DNA of 54,149 nt from Trichoplax sp. H2 (lineage: Eukaryota): the NCBI GenBank assembly GCA_003344405.1, contig NOWV01000309.1, positions 1-54,149 on the forward strand, written 5' to 3'. Below are positions 1 through 12,840 of the stretch, in pieces (position 1 is the stretch's first letter; each line of letters opens with the position of its first letter). The translations under genes were made by a program, and so were the position numbers. The notes below the pieces were generated by a model, which worked only from the letters and a program-made list of their open reading frames with translations, was not told the origin of the DNA and made no database searches.

Positions 1-344
1 CCATTTATTATTTCTATGCTTTTACTACTTCATGACCTATTTTCATTCGACTACATTCCATACATACTCTCATTCATCTTATTTTCATTTACTTTACTGC
101 ACTATTATTTATTTTTATTCATCATACTTTCATTTATCTTATTTTCCATTCACGTTACTACTTCTGTTGCTTGTGCCATCCCCACCATCAGATTTAGCCC
201 TAATATAGATACAGTATTACATTGTGACCATCATTAGAGACACTCACCCTGCTTTGCTCGCCATATAGCTTCGGTAATCTATCCATACGTTTCCTTTAAT
301 AAAGGAAGGGAAAATTAACGATATGCCACTATATTTTGCGGTAT

Positions 345-1215
345 TCAGCTATAAAATTATCGGATACAGTGTTCAGATAATTTGTCATACAACAGCAATA
401 AAATTATCGGATATAGTGTTCAGATAAATCGTAGTACAACAGCTGTAAAATTATCGGATACAGTGTTCCGATAACTTGTCATATAACAGCAGGAAAATTA
501 TCGGATATAGTGTTCAGATAACTTGTCATACAACAGCAATAAAATTATCGGATATAGTGTTTAGGTAACTTGCCATACAGTAGCTGTAAAATTATCAGAC
601 ACAGTGTTCGGATGACTTGCTATACAGCGTAAAACTATCTGATAGACTGTTCAAATAACTTGTCATACAGGTACTGTAAGATTATCGGATATACACTTAT
701 ATAGTACACTGCATATTATGCAGTATAATGTAATTTTACAACTATGGTATGGCAGATAAATTGTCATGCAGCAGCTATTAAATTATCGGATACACTGTTC
801 AGATTACTTGCCAGACAGGCGCTGTAAGATTATCGGATATGAATCGCATATTATGCAGTATAATATAATTTTACAGCTACTGTATGGCAATTTATGTAAA
901 CATTATATCCGATACTTTTACAGCAGCTGTTTGACAATTTATCTGAACATTTTATCCGAAAATTTTACCGCTGTTGTATGAAAAACTATCTGAACACTGT
1001 ATCCAATAATTTTACAGCTGCTGTACGGTATGATAATTTATCTGAACGCCATGTCCGATAATTTTACAGCTGTTATGTGACAAGTTATCTGATCACTATA
1101 TCCGATATTTTTACAGCTGCTGTATGACAATGTATCTGAACACTATATCTTATAATTTTACGGCTGCTGTATGACAAGTTATCTAGACACTTTATCGGAT
1201 TATTTTACAGCTGCT
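345..1215. repeat. Inverted (foldback-like) array of 47-bp tandem units
   Basis: Unit ~AAAATTATCGGATACAGTGTTCAGATAACTTGTCATACAACAGCTGT starts at 353, 400, 447, 494, 541, 588 (period 47), then ~631, 678, 779, 826. From ~866 to 1215 the same unit occurs reverse-complemented (e.g. TTATCTGAACACTGTATCC..AATTTTACAGCTG). Confidence 0.9.
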
Positions 1216-1228
1216 CGGGCGGGGGGGG

Positions 1229-1277
1229 GGGTTTCTCGTAGATTGCCCGGAGTGTCGGGCAATCTACGAGGAAACCC
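1229..1277. other. GC-rich stem-loop (~21-bp stem, 6-nt loop) between a G-run and a T-run
   Basis: GGGTTTCTCGTAGATTGCCCG-gagtgt-CGGGCAATCTACGAGGAAACCC: perfect inverted repeat except one bulged G. Confidence 0.85.
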
Positions 1278-1399
1278 TTTTTAATAAAAATAAGACCATA
1301 GGATGACGAATACAATACAAAAAAGGGGGTTTTCTCGTTAAAAAATAAGACAATAGGATGACGAATACAGTAGTAGAGACAAAAAAAATTTTAGTAAAA

Positions 1400-2760
1400 G
1401 TTACTCGGCTGAAACTGAGCAAATATAGATAATGCCATCATGGCGATTAGACGTATCAGTAATTCAGTAAAAATGATATGAAGAAGTAAAAAGTATGATG
1501 GAATAGAAAGGAGACATAATAATGGAAAATACGATAGTATAAAATGAGATCAGTGGTAAACCTAGGAATTAGATGATGGTAGTTAACTGGTATACGGTTG
1601 AGTAAAAAAACTCGAAGTACCGTAGTCAAAATAAGTAGTGAGTCTTAAAAATAAATGACGGCGACTATGATCGTGTGGTTGAATAAAAATGATATAAGAT
1701 TCAGTAGCAAAAAACGTGATGAAGTAGTGAATCTTAAAAATAGAAGATGGCGATTACTCATGTACTTAAGAAAGATGATATGAAATGGTAAAAAAGCTAC
1801 AGTGTTATGCAGTAGAAATGAAACGAAATAGCCCATCTTAAAGATAGATGACGCTATAACGCCGATTATTATTTTTAATCATACAGTTGATAGCAAATAA
1901 AATGAGATCAATGTAGCGAACGTTAAAACAAGCGATAACGATTAGACGTCTAGCTGAATAAAAACAGTATGGGATCAGTAGCAAAAGATTTGATAGAATA
2001 GAAATGAAACGAAGGAGCGAGTCTTAAAATAGAATATAGCGTTTAGTCATGCAAATAAGTAAGAAAATAAGATGAATTAGCCGATCTCTTAAGAATAGCT
2101 AAAGGCGATTAATTAGATTCGTGCAGTTGATGGAAAGAAAAATGCGATAGAAGTGAGGAGCCTTAAAAATAGACGATAACGATTACTCGTATAGTCGATT
2201 AAGAATGGTATGAGATTCTATAGCAAAATTTGATGGGAAAAGAAATGAAATGAAGCAACAAGTCTTAAAATAGTAGATGATGACTTATCATGCGGCTGAG
2301 CAAAATGATAGGCAGTAGTACAATAACATGACTAAATAGATATCAAGATGAAGTAATCGATCTAAAAATACATGACAACGATCAATCATGTAGATGATAG
2401 TGAGTTAAAATAAGATGAATTGGTGAAGCTTTAAAATAAAAGATGGCAGTTAGCCTTATAGTTGGGTGATGATGACGCAAAATGGTAAATAACATTGGTA
2501 GGACAAAAATGAGATGAAATAGTGAACTCAAAACGATGAGTGAGGGTGCTTAGTAGGATAGTTGAGTGAAAAATAACATAAAATAGTAACTAAAAAATAC
2601 CTGAAGGAGTAGAAGTGGGATAAAGCGACGCTATTAGTCACGTAATTGACAGTAACTAAAATGGCACGTAGTAACACTGTAGATAAGCAAGACGATGGCA
2701 ATGAAGATGATACTGTGTAAATGAAGTGAAGCATCGCAATATTAATATTAAAAGACTAAA
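1400..2760. repeat. Degenerate A-rich minisatellite
   Basis: Recurrent core ~AGTGAGTCTTAAAAATAGATGA(C/T)GGCGATTA(C/G)TCATG at ~1638, 1725, 1833, 2018, 2157, 2259, 2357, 2424, with ATGA/GAAATGAAA spacers; strong purine skew on +; no credible ORF. Confidence 0.65.
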
Positions 2761-4875
2761 ATTATTACGTGATAGTGATTAATCGAGTACTTGATCAAAA
2801 AAATACATATACGAGTATGTACTAGTATACAGTACGTGAAAAATGATGATTGCGCAATTTAAAAATAGTGTAAAAATGTCTGAACATCTAAATTGTATTA
2901 TACAAGGAGGAAGGAAAAAAACGCAATAGACGAACTAATCGGGTCATAAAAGTAGTTTTATGTTTGCTATATGATAGCGTATTAGAAAAACGATAAGGTA
3001 TTTCACTTACTTTAGCTGCATTATCAACGTGTAACTTTATTACTTCTGTCGATAAATAACAGTTCCTTAAGTTATAGATATATGATTTGTATTAAATCTC
3101 ATACTAAACCCTATATTTGATTGTCCAGACAAATCGGGCTTTCGGACACTTCTTAAATTAAATCAGATTTACGGTGTCTGGATAATTGAAGTGTTTTCTA
3201 TTTTTAAAAATTTCTATTTTATTCACTACTCTTAATTTAAAGCATTTTATGATCTTATACAGCTGCTTTCAAGCAGAATTTTGTAAAAGATAGCAGGATT
3301 CAGAGTGAATTACCAACGATTTTGGGTTAATTTAGTCTTAAGTACGTACAGCAAACGTTAACTGCAGTACAGTACTCAGGAATCCTGAAAAGCTTTTAAG
3401 AGTCCTTGACTGCATTACTTCACAGGAACCTTCATTTGTCACGCTGATATGATGCTGTACACTATTTACAGAGTTTGGAGATTTCAGGAGTCCTATAGCG
3501 CAAGCAATATCAGTAATGTAGTAGTACTAAACGAATTAGACTTTAACCTTTGCATTTCTTAAAGATTTGTATGATAACAAAATTTAAGGCTACTTCTGCA
3601 ATCTACTTAAATGAATTCATAGATCATAAAAATAATATCATTTCCTGCAAGCAAGATAATGCAATTACTTGGCTAGGACCCTTGACATGATAATCCAGTA
3701 ATCTGGGAAGCGGGTGATCTGTAGTGACAGATACAGTGACAATAGTTAACAATTCCTTATGGCAATCGCACACTACCCTAAGTAGTATTTAGTATTTACT
3801 TTTTAATTACTGAAAATGTGAGAAATTACGCGGTTAGGCCTAGGCCTAATTTGGAATGTAATTAGGATTGCGTCAGCGTAACAAGTTACAGCATATCTTG
3901 CTAAAATTTGGGGAACCGGCGACCTACATTACTGACCATAGAAGTAACAGAAATGCCTGTTATACTGACCACAGTTCGTGCTACTGAGAGATGTCGGAAC
4001 ATCGTACAGTGCCGTCAAAGCAACGCAATCAGTTTCGGCAACGTGCTGCTACAGTACACAGAGATTGTTGCTGTTACACAAGCAGAAGTATTAGTGTTAT
4101 ACGCACTTGCAAAAAAGTTTTATTTCTCAAAACATTGCAAATCAATTTTAGGAGTCTACGCGTTCAGTCAAATATATATCTTATATACTTTTGCACGTAT
4201 CTTATATCATTTTGCACGTATAAAATTGTAAACCTTGCTATGAAAATACTGTGTACTATAAGCAAAATCATGATAACAGTTCATGAATAAAATTTAATTT
4301 AAAACATTTAGCAGCAGATAACTACTTAGTATGAGTCATCGCGAGATGTAGCAAGTCCGAGAATTAATATCGTCTGAATAATATAACTTGCTTTCCCGTC
4401 CAGCAGCTCGGTATTGAACTTATACGCCCGTATAAGATCGATTCCTAATCATCGCGGCTTTCAGGAATAGGAAGATGTAGTAAACTGCTATTTTGAAGCT
4501 CAGGTAAGAAATCACTCTTAAGCTTAAGATAGTGTACTGCATTCGTTCACGATTGCGTGCTAATCTACGTGTCTACAAGCTACTTGAATGTACTGTTTAC
4601 AATGGCACATTGCAGAATTTAAGAATTGTTCGTACAGTATGTTGCATTCTAAGAATGCCACCGTACTATCCTACCCGTTGCCATACATGATGATGATAAA
4701 TTCTTATTAAAAGTACTAATTTGCGAGGTACATTACTTTTGCCTGACTCAGTTTTTAATAAGTTACGAGTATTTATTTATGTGTTCGTGCTAGAGTACTA
4801 TATATGGATAAAACATAATACTAATAAGTCAAATGCTTCACTAATTATATAATTAGGAGTACATGAACTATAGTG

Positions 4876-7800
4876 CTAAGTCTTATATATTCCATCTAAA
4901 AAAGCATTTGTTAAGTCTGTAATAATGGATCGATCCGGTATAGTTTGAGCCATTCCGTACATTGCTGCCTGGAATAAAATGATTTGCTCATAAATCACGT
5001 TTATCAGCTGTGAAGCTACGTAGAATACAACCATTAGTTACCCTTCAGAGCATTTCAGTAATTGCACTGTACTTACAGATCCAATTGGTGTCTTTCGTGG
5101 TTCTTGTATTAGCTGTGCTGCTACTTCTTTTATATCTCTTAAAAATTTGGTGACTACTCCGGGTTGGGTATGGGTCATGGTGCAACAAATGTGGATACTA
5201 TCTCATTGATGATAAACGAAAGAGATTGTGAAAAGCTTGCAGCATTATGAGTTTTTATAACTTCTAGCTATTGATTCGTTTTATTGCCAAATGGCTAATA
5301 GTGATCACCTCGGGGGAAACTGCAGAGCGTTCAGATTCCATCCTTTATCCGACATTAACTGGTTTAGCTGATATATGTCGAAGTCTTTGGAACCAATTGC
5401 TATGACACTTAGCTTAGGGTCACCAAGAACGTAGAGCCCGTCAACTTCCTTAATCCTTAATAAATCGATTAGGGCGTAATATCAACAAATACACTATATA
5501 CATATCAATGTGAAGTTAATTACCGCTATAAATACAGTTACTTACCGATCTTTAATCCTCTGAGCTGCTTTAATAATTTTTTTTGTTGATTTAACGTATC
5601 CTGGAACACAAGCAAGTATAGGAAGCTTTAATTACTATCAAAAACATTTCAGCATTGTTCGTTTCTCATTATTCCAATGCAGTTTATAGTGCTGACGAAT
5701 ATTCGACAATGCACGCGTACGTTCAACGCAAGCAATGAAGTACTAAATGAAGGTGATGCTGCAGAAAGTGCTAGAGCAATTGCATATGCAGAATTGATCG
5801 ATACTGCGATATAAATTGCTTACAGAAAGGTTTGCGTGAAAAATTTTGAAAAGTAGAGATTAAAATAGGGTAGGAAAACTACGCGCAATTTAGAACTGCG
5901 AACGCGTGAGTGTTACCAAAGGAGATACGTGATGCCTGAATGATTGTTTTGGCGCCTTACGTATGCGAGTGTAAGTGGCTAAAACGTTAACCCACTAGTT
6001 AGTAATAGTACTAGTAACTATTAAAAAATTTTAAAGTTCTGCTTTACACTTAAGAATCGCTTTCCATCAAGTTAGATGATGTCAAACTACAGGGCGTAAT
6101 TATTACATTTAGCATCAAGTGTGGATCTTTCATAAATTCGTAAACACTATTAAAAGTAGAAGTGAGCTTTTACACTAATTATACATATACCTGACCATCC
6201 CATTGAGACCATAGCTGCCCAGCAACCAGCAATTACCGCGCCAGATCTACTGCCAGCTATGGAAGGGGAGGCGTATATGCCTCCTGGCCAGTCACTAACT
6301 GAAAAATACTGTAGCGATCCAATCTGTTAGATGTTTCGTCTAGATTAAGCAGTTTTAATTGGTATTTAGTACTTATTAATTATTGCTGTAGCAAATTCTA
6401 GTACCTGCAGATGTCGTTGTTCTATATGTCTGTATAAAACTACAGACGAACCCTTTGGTGCAAATCCATACTATTGAAAAAAAGGGCTTATTATACGGCG
6501 GCGCATCAGGAAGCGTAGCCAAATAACAATGCCGTATTAAATTGAATTTTTGAGATAGTCCGCATAAAAGACCAAGCTAACCTTGTGAGTGTCAGCGGAT
6601 ATGCTAGTTACTCCTTCAACTGCAAAATCGAACTGAACATCATCGTACCTTGAAAAAGATATGTATTATATTAGTACGTGAGCTTATTATAGCAGTGTGT
6701 ATACTATATTCGTACCCAGCTTCATTTAGAAATGGTAGCAGAAATCCTCCTAGACAACAATCAACGTGAAAACCGATTCCTCTAGAAACAGCAATCTACA
6801 GTATAACGACGAGTTGCCAATTAATCAAAGAAATAGAAGATCACCGATTTGTAAGACAATATAATTGTAGTTTACACAACAAGGTCACGAAATGTTATGA
6901 TTTATTAAAATTTCTTTGACAAGAAACGTTTAATCTGTAAAGTACTTGCGCAATACTCTTAACGTCATCGATTATTCCATGCGGATATTGAGGTGCTGAA
7001 GCAACTAGCTAACAATTATAATGCAAAATATTAGTCTATGGACATTCAAGCAGATACGTTGAGTCAAACAGTAAATACTTAACCAAAACAGTGTTGCTAG
7101 TTATAGCCCTTCGCATGGCCTAAAAATTGAGAAAATTAATTTCGCATATGTTATCTTGTATCTGCTTTTGAAAAGATCAGTTATTTCGCATGAATTGAAA
7201 TCATTATGCATGCGTCAATTGATTAATTAATTATAGGGAATAAATATTCGCATCTATTACGAATTCTACAAGTGGCAGCATATGAACCTTAATTAAAGAT
7301 CCTATACCAAGATACAGGTATTCGCTATTCTTAAACGTTTTATTATTTTATACGCGTTTGAGCAGAATTCTTATTGTACAGTACGTACAGGTATGACACA
7401 TATTGGTGATTTTAGAGCTAGTTAGCTTTGTGAATTAGCGTCTACTTTGTACAATAATATTTGACGAGACTAGAGCATCTAAATTATTGCATTTATTTTC
7501 TACAAGGTTTTCATCAACGAAACACTTCAAATATTTTTCTCAATTTACAGTGATCACAATGGACAAAGTAGTGAAAACGTTATAACGGATCCTCCCTTCA
7601 AGACATAGTTAAGTACAGTATATAAAGTGCATCTGTAAATAGTGTACGGCCTACATACACAGCTACTGCGAGTTGATCAAACAGCTTCTAAGTTGTGTAT
7701 TCAACCAAACAATTCGGGTGGTTATATGATACGGTAATAGTTCATCAGTAATGTAATAGTGATGCAATAGCAATTAAAGCCAACGAAGTCGAAGTAATAA

Positions 7801-10800
7801 TAGTCTCAAAGCTAACGATTTATGAGAAATTTGTTAACGAGCACAGGGCAAGTATGATATTCGGCAATTTTATTGCGATGCTGCAACACTCACAGTTAAA
7901 TCGGCTTGAAAGTTCGTATCTACAGGAACAGAAATTAATTTCAATCCGAAATATTCGCATGCCTGTTGAGGGAGACAGCAACTTTACTTTGATATTAAAT
8001 AACATTAAGTCTTGATACGTAAAAGTCAGTCATGTTCAAGTTTGTCATTTTCTACCTTGTTGAAAGCTGCATGAGCGGTTACTGGTGCGACTCTAGCATT
8101 TGTTCATGAAATTTAACAATTTATATTTTTGTTGAAATACGAGAATACACTTGCATGTAGGCATATATATGATATGAAAATGTTGGTACACACACGTATA
8201 GTACATGTAGTATCCGCTAGGAGGTAATGCTTATTACAGGAATATGAATCAAAGTGTATAATTTCCGGTAGTAATATGCAGTTTAATACGAGAGGAATAA
8301 AGAGTATGCTTATTTGGCACGAGTTACTAACATTTCCGGATGAGAAATACCCAGTTTGTAACCTTTATTCCTATATGAGAGACAAGCCATTAAAATACTT
8401 TCAGTTCCACCAGAAGTTACCTAGACAGAGTGGGCAGTTTGCTGATATTAGAAAAAGATTTTGGGAATCCCTAATGAATTTGAAACCAAATTCTGCGTAA
8501 CTTAACAGGATGTACCGAACTCACTGTGGTTTTATAGAATGGATTTTTAATAAATTAACAGTTTACAGCATGTACTATTCCTTACCGAACCACAGGATGT
8601 ACTGCTTCCATGAAATAGACCTAAGCACATTCTGATAACTTCAGCTTCCATTTTAACGACTGATAGCAAATTTTGTAAACATTGAAACGTAGAGTTACAA
8701 TTACGTTTATTTAATTTCTTATATATCATCCAGCCTTAGACTAAGATCACTAATTAATTGCGGTCATGAGTTTACTTTCAGTTGTTAGGCTGACTATTAT
8801 TAAGAATATATTATGCTGGAAGCAAGTAGTTATACATAGTAAGATTAAAATATACATGGCTTACCTCCGGGAAATACATCTGAGTGTAATGGATTACTCC
8901 ATAAGAATCTTTCGTATACCTATTTCGGCAATGTAAATATTCTAAGTTCGGTACTGTATGGGCGGTTACTGTATAGCGCGATAAGCGCTGTAATTACGCT
9001 TAATTAAGATCCGAACAGTTATAGTTCTTGAATAGGTGACTAGATTTTTGAGAGTGCTTTACATAAATTCTATATGTTTACCTTGGTAATCAACTTAGTC
9101 AGCTCTTTGTCGTAATTATAAACAGTTCCGGAAACATTTCCTTTTTTCCAGTTAACTTGACCTTCAAATGTCATTATCATCGTAGACCTTCGTAAGTGAG
9201 GAATGTTTATAAGGAATGTCTATCTTATGGTCTATCTTGTAATACCTATGAGTTCGTAGTTATCAATGAGGGTAAATATTTCATCCTAAAGAAAGCAAAT
9301 TCAATACATGCAGGTAAGAATTAGCGTGACGTTACATTTGTCCTTATACTGTATATTGGATTGTAGGAGTAATGATTACGTTAGGAATGAGTAAGTAATT
9401 CCTTTACTATAATTACTGTAACATGCAACTCCAACGGATAATGTTAAAACAATAATTAAATGCACTTACGTGTTTCATTCCAGCGTGTGGAAGCTTTTAA
9501 TGTTACGGATATAAAAGATTCGAAATTACAGTTAAGGCAATTGCTCTTAGCACGATTGGATAAGAATATAAATAGCCTTACCTTTTGTAAATAAGTAAGG
9601 TCTGTTTTAGAGTTAAAAAGTGAGTTTTGCAGTTCTTTACAGGCTTTGTCTATCTCGTCCTGGATCTGTTACAGAAATCGTAATTCAGATTAAATGCAGT
9701 AGTACAACTAGGCAGCTAAGCGGTTTACTGAGTACGTATACGCTTGCTGACTCATAATTGCAATTAAGATTATTCACAGGCACATTACCGTTTTTAAAAA
9801 TAACTCTCAAAGTTTCTTAAGATTTACACTGAACTATGCTTTTTATTCCATTGTACAGTATTAAAGATATTTTTGGATTATAAAACTTTGGACACCTAAC
9901 TCTACTGATTACATTAATTCTGGATTCTAAAAACTGTTTAATATTGCTGGCTTGAATATAGAGTTCCACTGGAATATCTTATCAGGGAAAGCGATCTTAT
10001 AACTTAATCACATTAAATGACTGATACGAGCACAGCATTAGCTTAGAATCTTCAAATACTGAAAAGCTATTAAGATTTGAGATGAACTTTGGAATACGAG
10101 GAATCTACAGAGATTAAAATACTCAGATTCGAAGTCATCGATAATTTGGTAATTCATTATGTACAAGCTAGTTTATTACGCGGTTTCTATTTATACAGAA
10201 TTAAGGTGGTGTACTATGTCCCTCATATTCCATTAGCAATAAACCGCGCTAGTAACGCGGACAAATATAGAAATTTTACAATATGATAATTAATCATATT
10301 TCTTTGACGAGCAAAGATTACGCAAACGCGTAATCGTTTAAAATGCAAACTTGTCATGTGTATTGATATTTTATACCTTCTTCCCAATGTATGGTAGCCG
10401 GCGTATTGAATAAAAAAACCATCGTCGCGTTTTGGTAAAGATCCTTCGTGCGTCTGCCATTTTCGTGTATAGTAACCAGACCATGTTCAATCATAATAAT
10501 TATATAATCAACACATGAGATACGCGCGTATTGTCATATTCCACCACATTTCGAAATAAATTATAATTTCAAGAGGATTAAGATTATTCCTAAAAAGGAA
10601 GGGAAAGCTAATTATTTTGCAAATCATTGTTGCAACTACTTACCACGCCTTGGATTTGAGCGTAAAATAAGATAAAAGAAAATCGTTGCTGTTATGGTAT
10701 AGCACACAACCTACAGAATAAAACATAAAATTGGCCGAGACAGTCTTAAATCACTGTTTTATTTTTATTTACTAAGCAACAAGCAATTCAATGTTTTAAA

Positions 10801-11079
10801 TCTCAATACGATTGCAAGTTACGCGCACGATGTACAGGAGAGACTCTAATATCTGAAGATCGTGTAGATGATTAATATAATATAATTTAATATTATAATC
10901 ACACGCATAACTGTCCGAAAGGTAGTGATGAAGTTACGAATAATAAGCACTTTGTTATCGGTAATATTACATTATATACTCGCACTCGCATGTACAGTAT
11001 GTACGCATTTGAGGTTACACACCTGCCAAGATTCGTGTTTTGAAAAAAGAACATTTATTGCTTCTCGTAAAGATTTCAT
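4876..11079 (-). CDS. SGPL1: Sphingosine-1-phosphate lyase (PLP-dependent), ~22 coding exons
   Basis: Spliced minus-strand exons read [19 protein letters not shown] / [16 protein letters not shown] (TM) / [14 protein letters not shown] / [14 protein letters not shown] / [17 protein letters not shown] / [12 protein letters not shown] / [12 protein letters not shown] / [13 protein letters not shown] / [11 protein letters not shown] (PLP lysine)-YGFAPKGSS / [18 protein letters not shown] / [11 protein letters not shown] / [19 protein letters not shown] (TAG 4878-4876). The GT-AG boundaries checked are phase-consistent. An in-frame acceptor at 11107 allows a further upstream exon. Confidence 0.95.
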
Positions 11080-11192
11080 TGCATACAGTGTTTTACATTC
11101 CAGTTGCTAACGTAGTTCATCGATCAGGTAACAGTCAATACCAGTGTAAGATTAATAAAAAAATGCAAAGGCAGTTTTACTTCCTTTTTACG

Positions 11193-11515
11193 GTGTACTG
11201 TACTGCTTTTTAACTAGTCGACTACCTCCTACCTGCTTTAAAATTCATACAGTATTTCATTCACTAGACATACTGTACAGTTGACAAGACAGGACACTTG
11301 CGTTAAGCTCCGCCCTCATACTGTACTGTACGGTACAGTAAAGTACAGTACTGCAGATCCGGTTTGGGTCATTGCTGTACAGTACATACTGTACTATACT
11401 GTACTGTACATTGAAGGTAAAAACTTAAAATCACAACTTCCTTGTACTGTACGTACAGTGCAGTACTGTACAGTATACTGTACAGTACAGTAATATAAAG
11501 TCGTTGCAATACAGT
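11193..11515. promoter_or_regulatory. TACTG/CAGTA palindromic repeat cluster in the SGPL1-PFDN1 divergent intergenic region
   Basis: Dense CTGTACTGTACGGTACAGTA, CAGTACTGTACAGTATACTGTACAGTACAGTA tracts between head-to-head starts at 11079(-) and 11609(+). Regulatory role is inferred from position only. Confidence 0.55.
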
Positions 11516-11608
11516 ATTATAATAAATAAATATAATTAATTATTACAGTATTACATTATTATTATTATTATTATTATAATATCTTCAAATTGCCAAGCAT
11601 CTACTAAC

Positions 11609-12840
11609 ATGGCCGACGAAGAACTTAAAAAGGTATCATCTACTATGCTGACTGCATTATTGTTGGAGATTTTTGAAAGTGATAAGCTATTCTTACCATA
11701 CTGCAAATAAATGAAATGTTCAAATAAATGGCTTGCATGAACTTACCAAGCAAAAATTATCGGTGCAGTGCTACACTGCTATTCAGTGTACTACTTCATC
11801 GTTAGAAGGCACTTGAAAGTTTGACAGAATCAAAAGATGATAATTATTTTTGGTTAATGTTATGTATAAATGAATAACCAATAGTGAGCATATTACATTA
11901 ATTACAATTATTTAAATACAAACTTAAGCAAGTAGAGGTTAAGTCATTACTACCATATTTTTACGGAATCTAGATATGATAGTACACTGTCTAGCATGTA
12001 TGATCAACTTGACGTTGCTATTGAAAGCGCATTACACATTATTGTGAGATATAATGTAGGATCTACTCGACAATTGCTTACTGTGTGGTTATTTTCAAAG
12101 GCCTTTCATGAGCTACAAGTCAAAGTAATTGATACAACGCAGCAAGTTAAAGTAACGGAAGCGAAAATTGATCAGCTTAAACGTGGTATCACCCGCGCCC
12201 GGTTAACTGATCAGGAGCTGAGCAATATACCGAAAGGAATCAAAACCTACGAAAATTTAGGCAGAATGTATGTGTAACATCAGGAACTTTTCAGATAAAA
12301 TATGTGATCTATGGGCGATAGTGCTAGTTACTATACTAACGTTATTGCACACTGCTAATTCTTTACTTTATAAGCAGGAATTTGTCGGTATGAGATGTAT
12401 AGTATTGAATAGCTTAGTACAATAACTGGAAAGAATATTGAAATACGAATAGGTTTAATATATACGCTGAAATTATTTCGCTTTTTATTATCCCTACGAA
12501 GATTCGTATCTCAATCTATCGAGGATATCAGAAAATCTTTAGCAGAACGGATTAACGCCGCGAACGATAAAATTGAAAAATTGAATGCAAGTTAAAATAT
12601 TTATGAGTATAAAATTTTGTAATATGGCTGACCTTTAGGGCTATGAATTACTTTCTCACAGTTATTTACTGTGTTATGATTATAATTGCCATGCTATTAT
12701 GTTTTTACATTGTACGAGCATATTATTTTACAGTTAACCCTCTTCGTTTTCAACTTTAGTTGAATAAAACTTTCCTGGAAAAAAGCTTGAAAGAAAGTGA
12801 AGATAACATCCGAGAAATGATTCAACACAGACGCAAATGA
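11609..12840 (+). CDS. PFDN1: Prefoldin subunit 1, 4 exons
   Basis: Exons 11609-11632 MADEELKK; 12101-12267 AFHELQVKVIDTTQQVK..TYENLGR; 12502-12586 FVSQSIEDIRKSL..DKIEKLN; 12760-12840 LNKTFLEKSLKESEDNIREMIQHRRK*. Matches PFDN1 motifs; third intron is GC-AG. Confidence 0.93.

Noticed and set aside
16..237. Hydrophobic 73-aa ORF (also 1645-1836 and 2528-2734)
   Set aside because: Produced by T-rich low-complexity repeat DNA; no evidence of a membrane protein gene.
345..840. Regularly spaced palindromic repeats resembling a CRISPR array
   Set aside because: The whole 47-bp unit repeats with no unique spacers, the array inverts, there are no cas genes, and the context is a eukaryotic chromosome.
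1229..1283. Hairpin plus T-run resembling a rho-independent terminator
   Set aside because: Eukaryotic context and no upstream gene; reported only as a structural feature.
3100..3205. Possible Tc1/pogo-type MITE ends (TGTCCAGAC..GTCTGGATAATTGAAG)
   Set aside because: Inverted match is short and degenerate with no clear TA target duplication.
3908..4290. Two overlapping + strand ORFs (107 and 99 aa)
   Set aside because: No recognisable domain and AT-rich low-complexity tails; likely spurious.
11281..11493. ORFs rich in TVLYC/YSTVQ (also 15030-15348, 30724-31056, 44318-44512)
   Set aside because: Translation artefacts of the TACTG/CAGTA pentamer clusters.
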